DNA of 64,000 nucleotides from Octopus vulgaris (lineage: Eukaryota). The stretch spans positions 25,544,001 through 25,608,000 of the forward strand of contig OX597838.1 in the NCBI GenBank assembly GCA_951406725.2, given 5' to 3'. The notes beneath the pieces were generated by a model. The model was not told the DNA's origin. It ran no database searches and worked only from the letters and a program-made list of their open reading frames with translations. Of this stretch, positions 12,895-24,996 are shown piece after piece. The first letter of the stretch is position 1, and the number at the start of each line of letters is the position of its first letter. The position numbers and the translations under genes were made by a program.

Positions 12895-12978
12895 TAGCTC
12901 TGAAGAGGCTATAGAGGGTGTTGCACAAGCACTCAGCTCCAGTGCACTGCTTCTTATAGAAGAAACAGCTGTAAGCTA
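12895..12978 (+). ncRNA. Hammerhead-ribozyme-like motif (type I, Penelope-type), probably decayed
   Basis: TAGCT-CTGAAGA-[stem II]-GAAAC-AGCT-GTA-AGCTA; perfect 5-bp stem I and palindromic stem III; stem II closing pairs mismatched. Confidence 0.55.
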
Positions 12979-13282
12979 ATGAAATTGATTATGTGGCTCC
13001 TGTTCCTTTATCATTCAGTAACTGACATAGTCACATGTGTGTGTGTGTGTGTATATCTATCTATCTATCATATATAAATAGAGAGAGATAGATAGATAGA
13101 TAGATATAGATGTAAGCATGTATGTATGTGTCTGTACACACACATATACACACATATATGCACTCACACACATAACCACTTATTATAATGATGCTCTAAC
13201 TCATCCTCCCTCCCTCCCTGCCTCCCATCTTAGTGCCCAGGCTTTTTCTTTTTTTTTCATTTTCCTTTCTCTCCTGCTCCAG

Positions 13283-13391
13283 CACGCCACTCTTTCCCGT
13301 AAGTTTGTCGAGGTTATGAATGATTACAACACTTGTCAGATAGACTACAGAGAGAGATGCAAGGGCCGTATACAACGTCAATTGGAGATCA
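13283..13391 (+). CDS. STX1: Syntaxin-1 exon 6B (mutually exclusive copy B), [36 protein letters not shown]+1 nt
   Basis: Polypyrimidine tract plus CAG at 13280-13282; GTAAGA donor at 13392; 109 nt with same phases as copy A; closer to the conserved HSTLSRKF...[13 protein letters not shown] consensus. Confidence 0.96.
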
Positions 13392-13503
13392 GTAAGAGAT
13401 ATTGGAACAAACTTTCATAAACTGTTTTACTCTCTCTCTCTCTATCTATCTATATCTCTCTTTCTCTCGCTCTGCCACCATCCCCACCTTCTTTCATATA
13501 TGC

Positions 13504-13557
<54 letters not shown>

Positions 13558-13703
13558 TATTGTATGTTCATCCATAATCTAAATGTATGTCACTTTGGTA
13601 TTATGTGTATATGTATGTATAAGAGTAGGTTTGTGTATATATGTATAAAATGTGTGTGTTTGTGGGTATATTTATATACAGCTATATGTGTGTTTTATAG
13701 ATA

Positions 13704-14100
13704 GGCACAGGTGTGGCTGTGTGGTAAGAAGTTTGCTTCGCAGCCACATGGTTCAGGGTTCAGTCCCACTGCAAGGCACCTTGGGCAAGTGTCTTCCACT
13801 ATAGCCTCAAGCTGACCAAAGCTATGTGAGTGGATTTGGTATACAGAAACTGAAAGAATCCCATCATATATGTATATATATTTATGTGTGTGTTTTTGTG
13901 TTTATGTTTGTTCCTGCCACCATTGCTTTACAATGTTGATGTGTTTACATTCCATAACTTAGCAGTTCGGCAAAAGAGACTGATAGAATAAGTACCAGGC
14001 TTACAAAGAATAAGTCCTGGGTTGACTTTTTTCGACTGCAAGGCAGTGCTCCAGCATGGCTGCAGTGAAATGACTAAAACAAGTAAAAGAATAAAAGAAT
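13704..14100 (+). mobile_element. Full-length tRNA-derived SINE, family A
   Basis: GGCACAGGTGTGGCTGTGTGGTAAG head, GGTTCAGTCCCAC B box, internal TA/TG tract and ...GACTAAAACAAGTAAAAGAATAAAAG tail. Confidence 0.85.
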
Positions 14101-14312
14101 ATATATATATACATATATAAATCTGTTGATTCACCAGAAGTGATAAATTACAGGACTCAATACAAATGCGAAAATACTTGCTTCAAGCTTTTGATTTCAT
14201 TTCTGGTGTCATTCACAAAGGTTTTCAAACAGTAGAACATAAGGATCAGCATTTCCTTCAAATTTTCATTCCATATTTCAAAAAATATTCAGACAATGAA
14301 AACCAGGCTTGG

Positions 14313-14357
14313 TTTATCAGCTGATGATTGGAAACGAGAAACTCTGAGTACTAGAAA
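14313..14357 (+). ncRNA. Compact hammerhead-ribozyme-like motif
   Basis: TCAG-CTGATGA-TTG(GAAA)CGA-GAAA-CTCTGAG-TA-CTAG; full core, 3-bp stem II with GAAA tetraloop, weak stem I. Confidence 0.45.
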
Positions 14358-15692
14358 TCAGAACCTTTCATTTATAATGTATTATATATATATATATTAT
14401 ACAGTAAGAACAAGAACCCTTGGATGAAAATTCTTAAATCTTTTAATCCATTGCTACATATGTTTCCACAAACCACATGTTTTTTTTTGTTGCATTCCCT
14501 ATCCATATAAGTGCACTCAAAAACGTTTTACATAAATGAACTTAAAGGATATATGAGGCAGAATGGTTAAGAAGATTGCTTCCCTACCATGGGATTTTGT
14601 GTTCAATCCCATTCTATAGAACCTTTGGGGAGTGTCTTCTGCTAGTCTCCAGCCATCTGATATCTTGTAAGAAAAGATTTGGCAGATGATAACCAATTGA
14701 AGCACATTGGGTATACATGCATGTGCATGCGCGCGTGTGTGTGAGAGAGAGAGTATGTTTGTATCTCTTTGTCTTGACGTCATGTGATACTTGTGTCACT
14801 GTCATACAAGCAATATCATTCATTTTCCAATATTCTGTGAGAACCTGTCTGGCCATGGGGAAATATTACCTTGCTTCAAGACCAGTGAGGGTTGGTGACA
14901 GGAAAGGCAACCCACTGTAGATGCCCAGCTTATGCAAGCATGGTAAAGTAGATGTTGAGATGATGATGCTGTGTATGTATATTTTTATATATAACCATGC
15001 AGCATATTACTTGTCATCGCATACGACTTATCAGAATGTTACTGTTGTTCTTGTGTGTGTGTATTATATATATATATACACACATTTATATATTTATGTG
15101 TGTATGTGTGAGGTTGTTTATACGTTTGTGTATATTGATGTATGTCTGTGTTCTTTATTATTTCATTTTATGAAATATGTGTAGCTATATGTATATCACG
15201 CATGAAGTGTATTTGTATTATATATTTGTGGGATGCATACGCACATACATTCATACTCTCACTCACCTGTACACATGTATATTAGAGTGGAATCTCCCAT
15301 TGGCTTCAGTGTATGAGGGTCCAAACAGTCAATATTATAGCTGTTAGTCTTCACACAGATGACTGGTTTTCACACTTTCGGTGCAATTTGGAAATGTTGA
15401 TAGCTAACTGGTAGACTGAATGTGCATCCTGATAGCAAATCAGAAATTTCTAAGTTCCCATGCATCCATATATATATATATATATAGATATATATGCCAT
15501 GTAACTGGATGGTTGTTAATGTTTCTGAATTCATCCATCCTTTGAGGGATCTTGTTCTTGATCCTGTGGAATGTCCCAAAACCATTCTACTTATGAAGCA
15601 AAAGCAAGCTTGGTGATGTGGCCAATTTAAATGCTAACAGCACATCCATGCAATAAGTTGCACTAGGTTACATGTTACCAGTACATATATAC

Positions 15693-15741
<49 letters not shown>

Positions 15742-15744
15742 GTT

Positions 15745-15925
15745 GATGGTAATTCTTTGTGCCAGAAGAAGAGTTCAAAGCCCTCGAGCAGCTATGTAAA
15801 CCAATCCTTGGGCAACAGGCTGTGGCACACATGGGGCAAATATGTAGGCTTTGGTCAGCTGGGGCTGGTGTAGCAATGACTCCTTCTTTGGCATTTTTCA
15901 TGTGCTACAATTGTTCTGGCCCCTT
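15745..15925 (-). mobile_element. 3' fragment of RTE-clade LINE (C-terminal zinc-finger remnant)
   Basis: Minus-strand peptide HICPMCATACCPRIGLHSCSR resembles the CxxC...SRIGLxSHxRxH motif at RTE ORF ends. Confidence 0.55.
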
Positions 15926-16456
15926 CTGTAGGTTGCATATATACACATACACAAATGCATATATATATATATATATATATTTATTTATATGTGTGAGTGC
16001 CAGCATGTGTATATACATTTTGTGCTCTTCCTACAGCATTAAGAGTATTTTAGCTCTTATTTCTAACAATGTTGGTGCTCAGCATCCTTAGCCATACTTG
16101 GTGACGTTTGAATTTTTCCTTAATGGCATCACATTGCACTTGACTGTTTATATTAATTTTTAGTTTATATACACACATATTTACATATACACACCCCTAT
16201 AGATATTTTGTCTGCCTGTTTTGTTGTGATCGTCAGATATGTGTTTTTTTTCTCGTTTCATCCACATTTTCCCTTCCAAATCTCATCTGTCCTCTTCCGG
16301 TGGTAAGAGTAGAGAGTTACCAAGTCCGCCTTCCTCTCTCTTGTCTCTCGCTTCAACAATTGTACAGTCTAACTGTTTTCTGGCGGTGCTTTTATGTATG
16401 TCGCTTAATAATCATATCTCCCCACTTTTACTAAACCCCTCCTGCCTTTCTCTTCC

Positions 16457-16457
<1 letters not shown>

Positions 16458-16489
<32 letters not shown>

Positions 16490-16721
16490 ATATGTATGTA
16501 TATATATATATATGTATATGTATGTATATGTATGTATATATATATATATATGTATGTATGTATATATATTTGTATATATATATATATATGTATGTATATA
16601 TATATATATATATTATATATATATATATGTATGTATATATATATATATATGTATGTATATATATATATATATATGTATGTATATATATATATATATATGT
16701 ATGTATATATATATATGTATG

Positions 16722-16754
<33 letters not shown>

Positions 16755-16836
16755 ATATATATATATGTATGTATATATATATATATGTATGTATATATAT
16801 ATATGTATGTATATATATATATGTATGTATGTATAT

Positions 16837-16877
<41 letters not shown>

Positions 16878-16899
16878 TATGTATGTATATATATATATG

Positions 16900-16934
<35 letters not shown>
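16458..16934. repeat. ~480-bp (TA)n/(TATG)n compound microsatellite
   Basis: Direct inspection; source of several long YI/CM-rich spurious ORFs. Confidence 0.97.
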
Positions 16935-16937
<3 letters not shown>

Positions 16938-17053
16938 CTGTCTTCCCTTCCATCCCTGCTCAGCATTGTTTTTTGTTTTGATTTTGCATGGAACTTTGAA
17001 ATATTTATTTATCATTTTCATCAATATTATTATTATTATTATTATTATTATTT

Positions 17054-17416
17054 GGCAATCTTTCGTTTTGACTCAGAAAAAGTAAACAATGGATTCGGTA
17101 GTTTCCTTGACCATGTGTTGTCTTGTCAACTGGCAGTTGACAATGGGAAGAGAAAGCTTATGAGTTGTGCGTGCTTGTTCCTCTGTATGTATGTGGTTTT
17201 TGTTTGCGTGTGTGTGTGTGTGAGAGCACGCATGTGTGCGTACTTGTTCCTCTGTGTGTTTCACACTCACACATACAAACGAGAACAAGCACACACACAA
17301 ACAAGAACAAGCATGCATGCACAGCTCACTTAGCTTTTCTGCCCTTTGTCAACTGTCAGTCATGGAGACTACCGAATCCATTGTTTACATTTTTCAAGCC
17401 AAAATGAAAGATTGCT
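17054..17416. mobile_element. Foldback/MITE-like element with ~100-bp terminal inverted repeats
   Basis: GCAATCTTTCGTTTTG...GTAAACAATGGATTCGGTAGT pairs with ACTACCGAATCCATTGTTTAC...CAAAATGAAAGATTGC. Confidence 0.8.
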
Positions 17417-17744
17417 GTTATCATTTGTTATCTTAGGTAGAAGGCCTGAAATGTATCAATATCTTCAGGACGTGACTCATACTGCTTTTTCTCTGATCCC
17501 GGATGGATGAAAAGCAAATAGTGGACCTCAGCAAGATGTGAATTCAGAACAAAGAATCGTAATGATTACCACACACCTTGTGGTGTTTTCTTCCAGTGCT
17601 TTACACTACAGTTCGAATCCTGCTCTGGTTGGCTTAAGCCTTTAATCTCTCCTCGGTCAATAAGATACAATTCTAATGAAGTACTAAGGGCAGCTTAGTT
17701 GTCCATTTCCTTGTCTTGAATTTCAGATCTGGTGCCCCTATATC

Positions 17745-18060
17745 AGACATGAGCTGGCAGGATCCTTAGCTTGCTGGAGAAAATGCCTAGTAGCATTTCA
17801 CCTGTCTTTACATTCTGAGTTCAAATTCCGCTGAGGTCAATTTTGCCTTTCATCCTTTTGGGGGTTGATGAAATAAATACCAGTTTAGCACTGGGGTCGA
17901 AGTAATCAACTAGCCACTTCACTCAAAATTTCAGGCCTTGTACCTATAACAGAAAGGGTTATTATTATTATTATTATCATTATTATTATTATTATTATTA
18001 TCATTTACATTATTATTTATATTATTATTATTATTATTTTGATTATTACTGTTATCTTTA
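17745..18060 (+). mobile_element. Family B SINE with long (ATT)n tail
   Basis: Full head, body and tail motif set followed by ATT repeats. Confidence 0.8.
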
Positions 18061-21000
18061 TTATTCATTGTTTGAGAAATACATCGATTGTTTCCTTTCA
18101 TTATCAATTATTATTATTTTTATTATTATGATTTGTAATATTATAATTGTTTCATTAATGAAGATTTCTAATCAAAATTAAATTTATACTAATTTTTAAA
18201 AAACTCTAATTCGTGATGTAGAGACATTTCGATTGGTTGTTTTTTTTGTGTTTAATTATTTAATATTTTTGTTGTTTTTTTTTTATATTCACAAGTTATT
18301 TTTGTAAATTAAGAAAATTATAAAGAAAAAAACAATCCTTTATTTTCTTTTATATTTCTTTATTCATAATTCTTTTTTTTTCTGTTATTTTTTTCAACTT
18401 TACCAATTTTCAAACATAATTTTTCATACTTTCACCTTCTCTCTCTGTCTTCCCACTCCCCCATTCACACCATATGACATCATTGTTATCCCCCCTCCCA
18501 CAACTCTACCATCACCCAGCTTTGCTTCCAGGCTCCACTATCACTATGGGAATCCCCACAACTCCTGCCATGACCACTACCACAAATCACCGCAACCATT
18601 ATGATTTTCATCATCACAACCACCAGTCATCATCATCATCATCAACATCGTTACCACTGCTGCCATCAGGATTATCATCATCATCTCCATGAGTATCATC
18701 ATCATCATCATCATCACCAATAATACCACAAAGGCTGTGAGCTGGCAGAATTACTACCATGCTGGAAAAATTGCTTAACAGCGTTTCTTCCGTCTTTATG
18801 TTCTGATTTCAAATTCTGCTGAGGTCAACTGTGCCTTACATCCTTCTGCGGTTGAGGCCCTGTGTCTATAGTAGAGAGGATTGTCTATAATACAAATGCT
18901 ATTGTCATGACCACCACCACCACCACTTCCCTCATCATCATCATCATCATCATCAGTGTATATTCTTTCAGTTATTGGGATTTTTGCCTCTTCATTCGAA
19001 CACTTTCCTTGAATCCCCTTTTATTTTCTGTCCCTATCTATTTGCTTACTGATCCCTTTACATTGCATAATCCCACTGCATCTTTCACTCTTCCCCCTCC
19101 CCTCACACACTCTCTCTCTCTCTCCTGACCCTTGGTATTTTCCATGACAAGTCATTCCTACTGTTGAGTTGTATTCTGTGCTCCCTGTCCATTTCTTATG
19201 GACCGAGGGGTGTAGTTATATTTAAACCTGACATGTTGTACCTTATATATGCTATGTACAGACCCAGTCTAGCACCTCAGCATCCCGTCACCCCACCGCA
19301 TCCCAGCTGTAACTATCATTGATCAATTTCAGTGATTGATTGATTCTTTAAATGAGACTAATATAGGTTCTTTAATGTTTAATAATGACCAGTTCCTCTC
19401 TTTCTCTTTCTTTCTCTCTCTGAGTTCCCAAACTATCCCTGCCTTTTTGTCTTTAATTTTACACCCCACTCTATCAAATCTTTCATATAATATGCTAATA
19501 CTAATAAAGGATTACTTAAATACTATATAATTTATTATATATGTATTTTTAAATATTCTCACACAAACACACTCATGACCAAATATCAATGCTAAATCTT
19601 ATTATTTTAATCACATTCTTCTGAATTTCAGTTTTTCTATATTTGTCATGATAAAAAAAAAGTAAAGAAAAAGAAGCAACAATATAAATATATAATATTG
19701 CTCATGTTATTTGAACCTCAATCTTTTGATTTACATAACCATTTTCCCACACACTTTGCTTTCCAATTTTTACTTTATGAAATTCTTGGAATTTCACCTT
19801 TCACTTTTAAATTTTTAGGTCTATTTTTTCATTCTCTATAGACATGGTGGGTTCGTGGCAGAATTGGTAGAGCCTCAAAGTACTCTGTAATATTTCCCCT
19901 TATGATTTGATTCAAATCCTACTGTGACCAACTCTGTCTTTTATCCTACTGAGGTCTGTAAGATGATAAATAACAGTAAAATTACTCTATATGCAGCATT
20001 CAAACCCTTGGCTAGAAAGTTCAACCAACTCTTCACATAAAGGAGATGATCTAGTATGACCTTGGCCCAAAGACTAAATATTTGAAATATTTAGCTACAA
20101 TATCTCTTTGTATTCTGAGATCAAATCTCAAAAGGGCCAACTATAACTTCCACCCTTCTGGGGTTAATAAAATAAAGTACCAGTCAAGATGAGTAAACTA
20201 TTACTTAACTTGTAACAAAAATTCAAAAAGAAGTCAAGTGACTTCTACTATAGTCTGAAGATGACCAAAGGTTTGTGAGTGGATTTGATGGATGGAAATT
20301 GTTAGAAGCCTGTTGTGTGTGTGTACACACAGACACACACACACATATATTTGTGTACGTTTGTCCTCGAGGGTTTTGCAATTTTTTGCTGAATGGACTG
20401 CACAGATGATTTGTTTATGGTGATTGAATGTTTGTGTTGTACATTACCTCACTCCCTCCATCAAATTGATATTAGCTGTACAGAGGCACAATGTGCCACA
20501 AATCAGATCGCAGTGATCACAAAGCAACATGAGGTGAAGGGTTTTGCTCAAGAACACAACACACCATCCAATCCAGGAATTGAAACCATGATCTTGCAAT
20601 CATGACTACAACACCTGAAACACTAACCTCTAGGACATATGTATGGATATATGTACCACACACATGTGATTTTCATATACAACAGACCAGAGCACTCAGT
20701 GTCAGCTTTGTGGAGTTTATTAAACTATAGTATAATACAGTCAACAGCAAATTCTATGATGCTATGAATCATTCTGTTAGGTTACGTCATTATTCTGTAA
20801 TTCACTTATCAAGTAGACAGATATCCTGTGAGTGCTTGAAATAAAATTGAAGTTTCTGAATTTCCATTTTTGTTCAAAACTGTTCATAAGCTATTTGGAC
20901 ACCAGATAAGTGAATTATACATTTATGTCGCAATGTCATGAAATGGATTCCAGTATTCACTATTGATTGAACAGATATATATATATATCTATAAAATTAC

Positions 21001-21179
21001 ATTTGTTTTTATTCTGAGCTGATGCTTCCCTCTGTTGCTACTCAATTTTCATAATTATTTCAGCTTTGAATAAATTTATAAGACTCTAGAGGTCTAAAGA
21101 GGCATCTAAATATGTACAAAAAGCACAACGAGATAAAATTCAGAAATGAGACACATTTGCAATATTTGTGCAAAGTTTT

Positions 21180-21398
21180 AAGGCAGCAAGCTGGCAGAAA
21201 CATTAGCACACCAGGCGAAATGCTTAGCGGTATTTTGCTTGTCTTTACATTCTGAGTTCAAATTCTGCTGAGGCCGATTTTGCCTTTCATCCTTTTGGGG
21301 TTGATAAATTAAATACTATTTGCATACTGAGGTCGATCTAATCGACTGGTCCCCTCCCCCAAAATTTTGCGCCTTGTGCCTAGAGTAGAAAAGAATAT
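21180..21398 (+). mobile_element. Family B SINE
   Basis: AAGGCAGCAAGCTGGCAGAA...GTTCAAATTCTGC...CCTTGTGCCTAGAGTAGAAAAGAATATT. Confidence 0.85.
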
Positions 21399-22386
21399 TT
21401 GTATAAATATATATATATATATATGTAACATTGCCAAAAGACAAGCAGACAGAATGAGACATTGGTTAATGTTATTCATTCCTAGAACTCTGTTACTTTG
21501 GGTCCCCACCACCAGGAAGAATAATTGTGAGAAATTACTGACTCTGACTGCCCACACCACCACCACCACTACATTGTCAATTAACCTATTTCCCCTCACC
21601 ATCACACTGTTTCCTACAAACATTTCTTCTTTCTGTGGACAAATGGTTATGTTTATATCATTTTTTTCATTTCCATTTATATGTAAAACGTGTATGTATT
21701 GATGTATATGTATGTATAGAAGATGGCCCCAAAATGTGGATCCATAGGAAGTTTGCCATATATGTATATATTCTTTTACTTGTTTCAGTCATTTGATTGT
21801 GGCCATGCTGGAGCACCAGCTTGAAGGGGTATTTTTTAGTCAAACAAATTGACCCTAGGACTTATTTTTAAGCCTATTATTTATTCTGTTGACCTCTTTT
21901 GCTGAATTGCTAAGTTACAGGAATGTAAACCCACCAACACTGGTTGTCAAGGAGTGATGGGGTAGACAAACACAGACACAGAGAGAAAGGAGGGAGGGAG
22001 GGAGGGAGAGAGAGGAACATTAAAATGTCTGATATTAAAAAAGGTGAGAATCAAGTCAATGATGCCAAATAGGCCTCACCAGAATGTTTGTGCCAAAATG
22101 TCTTAGAGCCACATGGATCAAATGTTTCCATGAAGCTGTATCAAGAGATAAGCTATGTTGAATGGTTATTTCAAATCTCTGGACTTTAATTAAATGCATT
22201 TTCATCTAATATTTTCCCCCTTGTGTTTGGTAGACAATAATCTACCAAGTCAGTAGTTTGCAGGAATCAACCCAGAACCCAGAATTATTGGTGCACTGAA
22301 AGAGGTAGACATATCCACTTGCAACGGCATGAGTATATAGGAAAAGATCAAAAGTTACTAAGTCAATGGGCTTGAAAATATTCAGA

Positions 22387-22741
22387 TAGTAGCTTGCTTA
22401 CCAACCACATGGTTCCAGGTTCAGTCCTACTGTGTGGCACCTTGGGCAAGTGTCTTCTATTATAGCCCCGGGCCGACCAAAACCTTGTGAATGGATTTGG
22501 TAGATGGAAACTGAAAAGAAGCCCGTCATGTATATGTATATATATGTGTGTGTGTTTGTATGTCTGTGTTTGTCCCATCAACATCACTTGATAACTGATG
22601 CTGGTGTGTTTACGCAAAAGCGACCGATAGAATAAGTACTAGGCTTACAAAGAATAAGTCCTGGGGTCAATTTGCTTGACTAAAGGCGGTGCTCTAGCAT
22701 GGCCGCAGTCGAATGACTGAAACAAGTAAATGAGTAAAAGA
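22387..22741 (+). mobile_element. Family A SINE (5'-truncated, low divergence)
   Basis: Near identity with 28546-28908. Confidence 0.85.
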
Positions 22742-24467
22742 TGTCAAAGGTCACCAATTTGAGAACTTAATGTAAATTTCTGAAATTTAACTCTTCAGTG
22801 TTCAAATTATTCTGCCAAACGTAAAGCTTATTTAATTACATTGCTTAGAATTAATGATACATTATCTCATAGCATTGGAATTTCAATGATGTAGTCGTAT
22901 ATTTTTTGTAATACATTGTCGACAAGATGTGAGAGGCCAAATCTGGCCAGTTTGAGCATAAAAAAGGTAGAATATTTGGGCCAGATATGGCTAGTTTAAA
23001 TGCTAAAGGTTTAAGCAAATTATTTGTTCTCTTTTTATGGATTCAAACTTTTGAGCCATCTTGTTTACCTGTATGTAAACACATATATCTGATAGTATGT
23101 GTGTGTCTGTGTCTATTAGTTGCTTTTTGTACAAAAAAAAAAGAAGTTAAAAAAAATAAGAAACTTGAGTATGCTTGGTATTTGCTCATTGTGCAGAATA
23201 TTGTGAAGAAGTGTTTTTGTGCTTTGTGGTAACTACTTACAAATTGTGCTGTGCTGGGGACCAGTATATCAAAGAAGAGAGCCAGTGTTTCCTCTGTGTG
23301 TCATAAACCACAACTAAAAGAGGTTGAGGTAGGATTTGCTCTCAGACTTCGTAAAAGCCTCATCAGCAATGATTACCAACGCCAAACAGATCCATAGATT
23401 GGTGTGGGGAGGAGGTTATTGCCTGAGTAGTGCAAAAGTGTCATTTCCGAGGAATAGGGGATTACTATCAAATGGTAGCTGCAGCAATGCACTGTTACAG
23501 CACATTCCCCCATACTACTGCTACTACTACTACTTATAAATTTTTCACTTAAATTTACCTTTCATTTACCAATGAGCGCAGCTCTCTCTACAAGAATGAT
23601 TGTATAAATTCTTTGAGTTCAGACAAGTACAGTTCTGTATTGTTAGTGACCATACTCACATGTATAACATAGAAACATACATGTTTGTATGCATATGTTT
23701 GTGTGGTAACTTGTTACAAACTCCTGTAGTATATTTACTTTACTCTCACTGATGAGTGCTACTATCTTTGTATGAAGCAGCTGAGTGTACAAAATCTTTA
23801 AGCATGATGGGGTTTGTGTCACTGCTTAACACACACAAAAGCTTACATACATGTGAGAGAGTGTAGTGGGTACTTTTACGTACCGCCGGCACGAGGCCAC
23901 TCAGGCTGTTCTGGCAATGACCATGCTCAAAAGGTGTTTTTTGACAGTGGCTAAGAGGGTTTCTGCACTCCTCAGAACCCCAGAACTGCCTAAATAGGGC
24001 CCCAGTACCAGATGCAGTTAAAGGCATCAAACACATGCATACTTACATATATATGTATGCATTCCTCCTATGAAGAGTTCATTTCTGTTTTGTTGTCATT
24101 AACATCACATTCTTAAACATCCATCATCTTTCTGTGTTATAGCAAAACTACACTGGGGGAGATTTTTTTTTTTTTTTTTGGTTTCTATTTCCGTTGGGTT
24201 GTGTAACCATACAATGGCTTCCTTGTTCCCAGGCTATGACAAGAGAGACTGAAACATGCTCAGAGTGGTGGTAATCAACCGACCAGGCAGGATTATTACA
24301 AATAAATTGTTTTATACTGCACCAGGTCATTCATCTGTTCCATAAATCTATTCATTCAGGGCTCACCTGATTGTTAAAAAACAAATGATGACTTTGGAGC
24401 CAATTCACCCTTTCTTCTCCTCTTCATTGTTACTAAGAAGAAAATTATTAAATAGAAATCTGTTTAA

Positions 24468-24687
24468 CCCTTTAGCATTCATATTTCTTTATAAAATGCA
24501 ATGCTTGTTTATTCCCGTCATTTTGAATTAATCACAGATTATCTTGTAGCATCAAGATTTCAACAGTGTGTTTGTTTATTTTGAGAATAACATTGTAGGG
24601 TAGGTGTGAGAGGCTGGATCTGAGCAGCTTTAATATAAAACAGGTGAAATATTTGGACCAGAGATGGTTGGATTAAATGCTAAAGGG
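24468..24687. mobile_element. piggyBac-like MITE
   Basis: TTAA-CCCTTTAGCATT...AATGCTAAAGGG-TTAA; related copies at about 22788-23013 and, inverted, 53720-53945. Confidence 0.8.
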
Positions 24688-24775
24688 TTAATGTTTCTCT
24701 GCTTTTCTCATCTTCATCATTGCATTAACAATGCACATCTGGTTGAGAATTCTTAGTAAAATTTTACACTATTAA

Positions 24776-24996
24776 CCTTTCTGTTATCAACCCGGCTGAA
24801 ACTGTCTCTGGCTCTGAGTACAAATGTCTTGTTTTCATGAGTTTTGAACTAAAATCTTCCACCAAACCTTAGTCATAATTTATGTTCCTAACACTAACTT
24901 AATGATGACTAAGTTATTTTACTAAATTCCTTGTTATATTTAAAATTAATTGAAAGAAACACAGAGCATCTCAAAATAAATACAGTAACAAAAGGG
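24776..24996. mobile_element. Second piggyBac-like MITE family
   Basis: TTAA-CCTTTCTGTTA...TAACAAAAGGG-TTAA termini. Confidence 0.7.

Noticed and set aside
13704-13780. tRNA gene
   Set aside because: The A/B-box-like head continues into a SINE body repeated many times in the window; no proper cloverleaf
16239-17333. 364-aa ORF and overlapping 117-201 aa ORFs
   Set aside because: Translations of a (TA)n/(TATG)n microsatellite with no protein-like content
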